Shown here in pieces: positions 57,830-64,000 of a DNA stretch of 64,000 nucleotides; within the stretch, counting starts at the first letter, position 1, and every line of letters begins with the position of its first letter. Source of the stretch: a virus. Taxonomy: Duplodnaviria; Caudoviricetes. The notes below the pieces were generated by a model. The model worked only from the letters and a program-made list of their open reading frames with translations. It made no database searches and was not told the DNA's origin. A program made the position numbers and the translations under genes. Location of the stretch: IMG/VR virus record IMGVR_UViG_3300031992_000028. The stretch is one strand, 5' to 3'.

Positions 57830-58345
57830 ATGGAATTAAATGGAAAAACATTAGAAGAAGTTCTAAACACTGAATTAGTTGGTAAGGATGTTGGTTATTC
57901 ACATTGGAACTTTACCGGCGCATTGATGAAAGTTATTCGTATCTTAGCAAAAGATGCTGGCTTAAATGAGTTAGACTTTAGTTATAAAACACAAGGCACT
58001 AATTCAGTGTATCTCACATACAAAGGTGTAAGTTTTGGCGATGCTACATTTCAAAAGCAAAAAGGTAAATATCATTATGGAAGTTATGAATGGACTTTCA
58101 AAAAAATATTTGTTAACTTATGGAATGAAGACGGTTATTCAAGTTACAAAGGTTTAACTTTCTTAGAAATGATTGCTAAGATCAATGAGGAGTTAGATGT
58201 TAAGAAAACTAGAGAGCAAGCCAAACTTGAACAAGCAAAACAAATTTTTCAACTGATTAAAGAAAAAATTGGTGCTAAAGACGATTACGAAGTTAGTTAT
58301 TTCATTGAGTATATGAATAAAAACAGATATTCACTTCGTCAATAA
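57830..58345 (+). CDS. Hypothetical early protein, 171 aa
   Basis: AGAGAGGT RBS and own promoter. Confidence 0.75.
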   Translation: MELNGKTLEEVLNTELVGKDVGYSHWNFTGALMKVIRILAKDAGLNELDFSYKTQGTNSVYLTYKGVSFGDATFQKQKGKYHYGSYEWTFKKIFVNLWNEDGYSSYKGLTFLEMIAKINEELDVKKTREQAKLEQAKQIFQLIKEKIGAKDDYEVSYFIEYMNKNRYSLRQ

Positions 58346-58437
58346 TTCTTATAAAAATTTAAGTAAATTCTTCAAAAAAGGGTTTACTTTTTTATTAAAA
58401 TATGTTATAATTATAATAGAGAGAGGTTAAGAGAACT

Positions 58438-58767
58438 ATGAAAAAATACTTAATTCATTTTATGAGTGTTGATACCCCAAGCGTTGAAGACGATGGTATT
58501 GATGCAGGAACTGGTTTTGGAATTTTAGACAAAACCTTTGACACAAAAGAAGATGCTGAAAAGTATCTTGAAGAAACTTTGATTCCAGAAGACCAAGCCA
58601 ATTTGGAAGATTGCTACGGAATTACTGATGATCCTGAACTTGCTGACAGTTATGAGTTTTCTGTTGAAGACGGTAGTTATGATAGAAAGCAATTAGTTGT
58701 TTACGATAAGTTTGACGGAAATGAACTTAATACAACTATCTACGAAGTTGTGGAGGTTGAATTTTAA
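58438..58767 (+). CDS. Acidic hypothetical early protein, 109 aa
   Basis: AGAGAGGT RBS and own promoter. Confidence 0.75.
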   Translation: MKKYLIHFMSVDTPSVEDDGIDAGTGFGILDKTFDTKEDAEKYLEETLIPEDQANLEDCYGITDDPELADSYEFSVEDGSYDRKQLVVYDKFDGNELNTTIYEVVEVEF

Positions 58768-58940
58768 TGAGAACAGTTTATATTGTCGTTAAAGACGGAA
58801 TTATTCAAGATGCTTATGCAGACCATCTCACTGATTTAGTGGTATTAGATTATGATACCCAAGATGAAGAAATGATTAAGCAACTTGATAAAGAACTTGC
58901 TAAGATTAAAGAAAGCAATGATTGTATTGAAATTCTATAA
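58767..58940 (+). CDS. Hypothetical protein, 57 aa
   Basis: GGAGGT RBS, TAATG coupling. Confidence 0.65.
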   Translation: MRTVYIVVKDGIIQDAYADHLTDLVVLDYDTQDEEMIKQLDKELAKIKESNDCIEIL

Positions 58941-58953
58941 AGAGGAAATACAT

Positions 58954-59205
58954 ATGGAATTCGGAAAATTAGAACAAGAAGAATTTGAAAAAAGATGTGA
59001 AGAAGTATTTGACACTCAAGAAGATGAAGAATACTATGGAATTCGCATTGAAGACGACGGTCAAGTTTACATTGAGATGGGCGAGACTGGAAGCAAGGCA
59101 GAAGGTTTTAAGTGGGTTTACTTTGATTACAAACCTGATATGACAGAAAGACCAGAAGCATTAGATTACTTAATGGGAAAGAGAGACGATTTCAATGATT
59201 GATAA
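58954..59205 (+). CDS. Hypothetical protein, 82-83 aa
   Basis: AGAGG RBS; ends TGA TAA. Confidence 0.65.
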
Positions 59206-59461
59206 TGTTGTTTATGTTATTGTAGATTGTTGCAGTGGTGAAGATTACAGCACTGACGATCCAACAGTATTATTTGTTACTAATGATTTAGAAACTGGAA
59301 TTCAATTCTTTGAAAATGAAATTGAAAACTGGGAAGATGGAATGACTGATTTCGACAGCCACAGAGAAATTCATGAAGATGGAAAGATCATTTATGAATG
59401 CACTGACTTTGAAGGTGATTCACATAGAATCTTAAAGTTAGTTAAAACAATAGTTGAATAA
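59195..59461 (+). CDS. Acidic hypothetical protein, 88 aa
   Basis: Intact ORF overlapping the previous stop. Confidence 0.65.
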   Translation: MIDNVVYVIVDCCSGEDYSTDDPTVLFVTNDLETGIQFFENEIENWEDGMTDFDSHREIHEDGKIIYECTDFEGDSHRILKLVKTIVE

Positions 59462-59531
59462 AAATTAAAAAAGCCGTTTACAAATGCGGCTTTTTATGTT
59501 ATAATATTAATAGAGAGTTGAGGTAATTACT

Positions 59532-59981
59532 ATGAATAAAAAGAATATTGTTACAAAAGAAAACATTGCTAAAGTTGCTGGTTGGTTAAAGACAGCTTGT
59601 GATGACTTTGCAAATAATGATGCAAGCGGTTGCTATAATTTCCCACTATCTGATGACTTAGTATTGGCAGTTGGCTGGTCTGATGGTTATGACATGGCTG
59701 ATACTGATATTATCAAATCTAAAGAAGGTCAAAGACAACATGGTTCTTGGGTTTGTGGTTGGGCAGTAAATGCGGCAGTTAAAGTTAGAAATGACTTCGA
59801 TTGTGCTGACTTCGATATGTTAAACTATCCTTGCTATAATGATGGTGAATGCTGGGACAGTGGAATTTCCATGAAACCAAATCAAACTCGTAGAGAGTAT
59901 CGTAGAGACGCTCGTTGGTTCTTAGAAACATTTGTGTCTATGACAAATGCTCACAAGAGAGGTGAAATTAGTTATGAGTAA
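59532..59981 (+). CDS. Hypothetical early protein, 149 aa
   Basis: GAGGT RBS and own promoter. Confidence 0.75.
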   Translation: MNKKNIVTKENIAKVAGWLKTACDDFANNDASGCYNFPLSDDLVLAVGWSDGYDMADTDIIKSKEGQRQHGSWVCGWAVNAAVKVRNDFDCADFDMLNYPCYNDGECWDSGISMKPNQTRREYRRDARWFLETFVSMTNAHKRGEISYE

Positions 59982-60144
59982 AGAAGAGACATATACAATT
60001 ATTGTTCATTTTTCTGGACATGAAGATCAAGTTCGACATGGTGTTGATAAATTAAATGCTAGTATAATTCCCGCTGAATTCGAAATAGCATTCCCAAAAG
60101 AATTCAAGAGTGGAAAGATGAGTATTGAAGTAATTAAAGAATAA
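59974..60144 (+). CDS. Hypothetical protein, 56 aa
   Basis: GAGGTG RBS. Confidence 0.6.
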   Translation: MSKEETYTIIVHFSGHEDQVRHGVDKLNASIIPAEFEIAFPKEFKSGKMSIEVIKE

Positions 60145-60204
60145 ATTAAATAACCCGTTTACAGAAGCGGGTTTTTGTGTTATAATAATAATGAGGAAAA
60201 TAAT

Positions 60205-60741
60205 ATGATTAAATTAAAACAAGTTAGTCCTGAAAATGTTTGGTATGAATTCGAAGACGAAGTTGACTTTGATCAATACAAAGATAAAATGGTTATCACT
60301 GGGAATAGAGACTTCAAGTCTATCGGTGATGATACTTTAATCAGTGTTGTTAAAGGCGATTACTATGATGAAGATCAAACTTTAGTCGAGAATCCTGATG
60401 GTAGTTGCTACGAAGATACTATCGGATATGACTACGAAACAGCAGAAGAATTAGCAAAGCTTTCTGGTAAGAAAAACTGGGTGGAAGGCGACTTCCGCGG
60501 ATACTCACAAGGCGATTGGCAAACTATCTGGTTCGTTAAAGATGAAGTTACTCAAGATGAAATTAAATACATGGAAAACTTCTACATGGGCAAGATGAGT
60601 GAATTTCATGATGAAGATATGTGTTGCTACTATGTGCCCGATGATGTAGTATGGAAAGGCAAGAAAGAAATTTGTGACTACCTTGGGCTCAACCCCGATG
60701 ACACAGAGATTTATGATGAAAATGAAAATTTAGTTGAATAA
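60205..60741 (+). CDS. Acidic hypothetical early protein, 178 aa
   Basis: GAGG RBS; RGYSQGDW motif. Confidence 0.75.
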   Translation: MIKLKQVSPENVWYEFEDEVDFDQYKDKMVITGNRDFKSIGDDTLISVVKGDYYDEDQTLVENPDGSCYEDTIGYDYETAEELAKLSGKKNWVEGDFRGYSQGDWQTIWFVKDEVTQDEIKYMENFYMGKMSEFHDEDMCCYYVPDDVVWKGKKEICDYLGLNPDDTEIYDENENLVE

Positions 60742-60797
60742 ACTATTTACATTTTCTATTTTTCGTGTTATAATATATTTGAAGAGAGGTAAGAAGT

Positions 60798-61202
60798 ATG
60801 GGCTTTAATAAAATTAGAACCATTAGAGTTAGCGAAAGAGTATTTGATATTGTCTGTGAGGCTTTAGATAATGAGGCAACAGAAAATTATGTTAAAATTT
60901 CCGGATACTTAGAATGCTTTAACAATTGCAGAGAACAAGGTTATGTCCTTCATGTTGATTCAGTTGATTGGGACAATCCTAATAAAACTAAAAAAGATTT
61001 ATGTGTTTGGGCTTTTGAAGCAAGAAGTTCAGATGAGATCGTCGTAAGTTGGCAAACTGAATATCCACACAACGGAATGTTCAGCGAAGAAACTTATAAA
61101 GAACGCAGAAAATATTTCCATTATGATGAACTTCAAAAAGCAGCAGACTTTATTATCGATTTAGTTAAAGAACATTTTGCCAATGAATTCAGAGGTGAAT
61201 AA
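60798..61202 (+). CDS. Hypothetical early protein, 134 aa
   Basis: AGAGAGGT RBS; NCREQGY motif. Confidence 0.75.
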   Translation: MGFNKIRTIRVSERVFDIVCEALDNEATENYVKISGYLECFNNCREQGYVLHVDSVDWDNPNKTKKDLCVWAFEARSSDEIVVSWQTEYPHNGMFSEETYKERRKYFHYDELQKAADFIIDLVKEHFANEFRGE

Positions 61203-61203
61203 T

Positions 61204-61539
61204 ATGAAAGACGAATTTGACGAATTATTAGAAGAATTAAATTTAGAAAACTTTGGTGAAGACTTCGATGTTAAGCCAGCTATATATCAAGTGTGGATGT
61301 TAGGCTACAATGAAGATGAAGCTATTACTGATTATGAAGTAATGGTTAATGAATCTAAAGACGCCGAATATGCAGTGGAATATGCTAAGAAATTCGTAGA
61401 AGAAAAACGTTATGAGTCTTCAGCGCCATTCCCAGAAGATGTTGCTTACATCGAAATATTAGTCGAGACTGTTGTGGATTTTGAAGATCACACAGAAAAT
61501 GTCGGAACTTTATTTACAACAACTGTAAAAGTGAAATAA
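61204..61539 (+). CDS. Acidic hypothetical protein, 111 aa
   Basis: GAGGTG RBS. Confidence 0.7.
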   Translation: MKDEFDELLEELNLENFGEDFDVKPAIYQVWMLGYNEDEAITDYEVMVNESKDAEYAVEYAKKFVEEKRYESSAPFPEDVAYIEILVETVVDFEDHTENVGTLFTTTVKVK

Positions 61540-61597
61540 ACTATTTACAAATTAATTTTTACATGTTATAATATAAATGACAATGGAGGACTGATTT

Positions 61598-61882
61598 ATG
61601 GTAAAGTCAAAACATTTAGGAAAGAAATTTGGTCGCTGGACTGTTACAAGAATTAGCAGAGAACGTGATGGACACTATCGTTTCTATTTAACTAGAAAGA
61701 CAAGCGATGGCGCAATTAAGACTGTTGGTTTAACAAATGTTACAATGGCAAGATTAGCTCGTGGTGAAACTAGCATCACAACTTTGTTAAAGAACAAACA
61801 ATTCCAAAGAAACAAATTCCCAAGCAGATCTTATAGAAACTCTGTTTGGTATACTTACAACACAAACGGTAGCTTAGAATAA
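61598..61882 (+). CDS. Basic hypothetical protein, 94 aa
   Basis: GGAGG RBS; LGKKFGRWTV N-terminus. Confidence 0.7.
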   Translation: MVKSKHLGKKFGRWTVTRISRERDGHYRFYLTRKTSDGAIKTVGLTNVTMARLARGETSITTLLKNKQFQRNKFPSRSYRNSVWYTYNTNGSLE

Positions 61883-61910
61883 CTATCGGTATCGAAAGGA
61901 GGAAGTTGCT

Positions 61911-62828
61911 GTGGCAAGTCAAACATTTAACAACTTCAAGAATTACGCAAATCAATTAGAGAAAGAACTTGGTATTAAATATGATGCTAAGCCTTATAAA
62001 GATACTATCAGGGTTATGCTTGATGGTTTTTGCAAAGCAATGGATGAAGGCGATGAACATCTTAAGAACTTATATATCAGTGGTTTAATCTTACGTCATT
62101 GGGATAAAGTAAAGAAACTTGCAGATAGTTGCCCTGGCATCGATCTTAAAGGCGAAGAGTTCGTCGACTGGGTTTACGAAGCAATTATGCTTGCTTGTGA
62201 ATATCGTAAATGGCAAAAAGACGAAAGTGTCAATGCTCAACAATGTATCAATCAATGTATTGAAACTATCAGGGTTAGACACTACTATGAATATAACTTA
62301 GACAAACACAAAGCGAACTACAATACTGTCTCTTTAGAAACCCCTGTTGGCGATGGAGACGATAATGGTGTTCAAAAAACTTTGATGGATACTATGCATG
62401 ATGAGAATGCGGAAGAAGCTGCTAGAGTAGCAGAAAGTAATAACGCTGCTCGACACATCGTTCAGATGTTTATCAACAAAAACAGAATTGTCGAAGCAAT
62501 TATCATGGACATCATTGCTTTTGGTGATACTGAAAAAATTACTAAACACATTAAACGTGGCATTGACGAAAATGGTGAGGCTTACAAGTATATAACTTAC
62601 ACACGTGAGTTCTGGAAGTTCAAAGCAGTCCAACTTCTTTCAAACTTGCCAGAAGACTACCAACAATACTTCCTTGAAAACTATTTAGTTAATACAGCAG
62701 CATTAGATGCAGCTTTAAACGTGCTTAGAAAGGCCAATAACAACAAATTATACCGTGAGTTAGATAAAAGCCTATCTGCAGCAAAAGTAATCCTACAAGC
62801 GTCTATGTGAGCTGAAAATAATAATTAA
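61911..62828 (+). CDS. Sigma-factor-like transcription regulator, 299 aa (305 aa if TGA 62808 is Trp)
   Basis: GAAAGGAGG RBS with GTG; region-2-like LILRHW...EEFVDWVYEAIMLA and region-3.2-like VSLETPVGDGDD..TLMD. Confidence 0.55.
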
Positions 62829-62889
62829 AATAAAACAACCTTCCAAATTGGGAGGTTTTCATGTTGTATAATAAAGTGAGGATTTGATT

Positions 62890-63618
62890 ATGTGGTTAGA
62901 TATAATGAGCCAGTATAATACACTTCAAGTAAATATCAAATTGGCAAATTTACTTGGGTTAGAAGTTGCTACTTATTGGGCGGCATTGATGGATGTGTAT
63001 GCGAGAGTAGTGAATAAATATAAAGATGAGTTAGAAGCGAATTCAGGATATTTTGAACTCGACAGAGACTATATTACTAAGAGAACGACATTACAGTTAG
63101 ACAAACAGTTAGAGATCGATGCAGGACTCGGTAAACTTGGTGTGCTACAACATCGTAGCGAAAACGAACTGAATTGGATCACACTAGATGTAGAAAAGCT
63201 TTGTGCGATCTTAGTAGATGACAGTATCGATGCAATCAGAGATGTTCAACGCGTTTCTAAACTTAGACGAGAAGATACCGCTCGTGCCAAGAAAGCATCG
63301 GTTAGAATTAACTTAGTCGCAGCACTAAAAGAAACTGATCCAGATGTGCTTACTGCTTACAATAACTGGATCGATGCACTGTTAGAAGCTAAGAAGCCGA
63401 TTACTAGACAAGCTTTGGATATATACCAGAATAACTTAAACAATTATACTGATAATAAACAAGCGAAAATTAAAATTCTTGAGATTGCGACAACAAATGC
63501 TTACACTGAATTTGCATGGTCTATGAAGATTTACGAAAAAGATTATCGTGGCAATGGAACATTTATTGGTGTAAAGCAAAATAGAACTAGCGGAATTGAT
63601 CCGAATTCAGGTTTTTAG
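62890..63618 (+). CDS. Replication initiator / replisome organiser-like protein, 242 aa
   Basis: N-terminal wHTH-like VNIKLANLLGLEVATY...GYFEL...TTL...LGKLGVL; C-terminal KKPITRQA. Confidence 0.55.
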   Translation: MWLDIMSQYNTLQVNIKLANLLGLEVATYWAALMDVYARVVNKYKDELEANSGYFELDRDYITKRTTLQLDKQLEIDAGLGKLGVLQHRSENELNWITLDVEKLCAILVDDSIDAIRDVQRVSKLRREDTARAKKASVRINLVAALKETDPDVLTAYNNWIDALLEAKKPITRQALDIYQNNLNNYTDNKQAKIKILEIATTNAYTEFAWSMKIYEKDYRGNGTFIGVKQNRTSGIDPNSGF

Positions 63619-63630
63619 GAGAAATTTAGT

Positions 63631-63924
63631 ATGAATGAATTTATAGCAAGACGATCATTAGAAGAAGATGCACTTCTAGAATATATTTCGAAAGCAAGAG
63701 TGCTAGATGATCTGTATCATCGAACAGGTGAGTTAGAAGAAACTATTGAAGCGATGGATAAAAACATCGACGATGTTGAGGAAACTGGTTTAGATGAAAT
63801 TGTAGAAGCGATGTGCAAAGCTCGCAATGCACTAAATTTAGAAAGACTTGACCTCGAAATTCAAATTCACAAGTTAGAACTTTGGTTGGCAGAATTTGAA
63901 AGGATAAGACAAATAACCCGATAA
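63631..63924 (+). CDS. Coiled-coil hypothetical protein, 97 aa
   Basis: AGGAG RBS. Confidence 0.7.
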   Translation: MNEFIARRSLEEDALLEYISKARVLDDLYHRTGELEETIEAMDKNIDDVEETGLDEIVEAMCKARNALNLERLDLEIQIHKLELWLAEFERIRQITR

Positions 63925-63940
63925 ATTCGGGTTTTTATTT
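63914..63940 (+). terminator. Intrinsic terminator
   Basis: aacccga/tcgggtt stem plus T-tract. Confidence 0.65.
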
Positions 63941-64000
63941 ACGAATTTAGTGTGGTTAGCGGAGCAGTCTAGCGTGATGATCAGGTAACTGATCTGTAAC

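Larger units (their letters stand above)
54541..61572 (+). promoter_or_regulatory. Array of 11 sigma70-type early promoters, TTTAC(A/T)-N17-TATAAT
   Basis: -35 boxes at 54541, 55184, 55990, 56259, 56745, 57775, 58383, 59477, 60158, 60746, 61544; all have 17-nt spacers and most an extended TG. Confidence 0.85.

Noticed and set aside
61598-61882. HNH/AP2 homing endonuclease
   Set aside because: Only the GKKFGRWTV N-terminal motif matches; no Cys/His nuclease motifs follow.
224-62633. Minus-strand and alternative-frame ORFs in the supplied track (e.g. 224-523, 854-1216, 2641-3042, 29327-29614, 53186-53428)
   Set aside because: They are shadows of + strand genes, mostly Ser/Phe/Leu-biased and without RBSs; they are fully explained once code 4 is applied.
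63945-64000. Possible tRNA (suppressor) at the window end
   Set aside because: The GC-richer stretch does not form a D-arm or anticodon arm by eye and is truncated; no tRNA was found anywhere in the window.

Overview
64 kb of a large, AT-rich, T4-like contractile-tailed (myovirus) phage genome; every gene I could support is on the + strand. The supplied code-11 ORF track is misleading: in-frame TGA encodes Trp (genetic code 4). Reading through TGA fuses dozens of fragments into full-length genes that end in TAA/TAG and restores conserved Trp residues. Layout: 1-36.9 kb neck, tail sheath/tube, chaperone, tape measure, baseplate and two paralogous tail-fibre cassettes; 37.4-40.7 kb an acidic modular 'polyprotein' with protease-site-like linkers; 41.6-51 kb a family of about 13 paralogous genes sharing an LR(I/L/V)AYxIY motif, interleaved with an RNA ligase operon; 51-52.3 kb a repeat-rich non-coding region containing a probable antisense sRNA; 52.3-64 kb a HARP/SNF2 helicase, a DNA methyltransferase, many small early genes each behind a sigma70-type promoter, a sigma-factor-like gene and a replication-initiator-like gene. 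Main novelties: (i) TGA-Trp usage follows promoter class, common behind the late motif TGCTAAATTA and absent behind sigma70-type promoters, even among paralogues; (ii) candidate small RNAs display anti-Shine-Dalgarno loops, one complementary to the phage's own early RBS; (iii) the paralogue expansion and the polyprotein. All product calls come from motifs and synteny read by eye; no database search was run.
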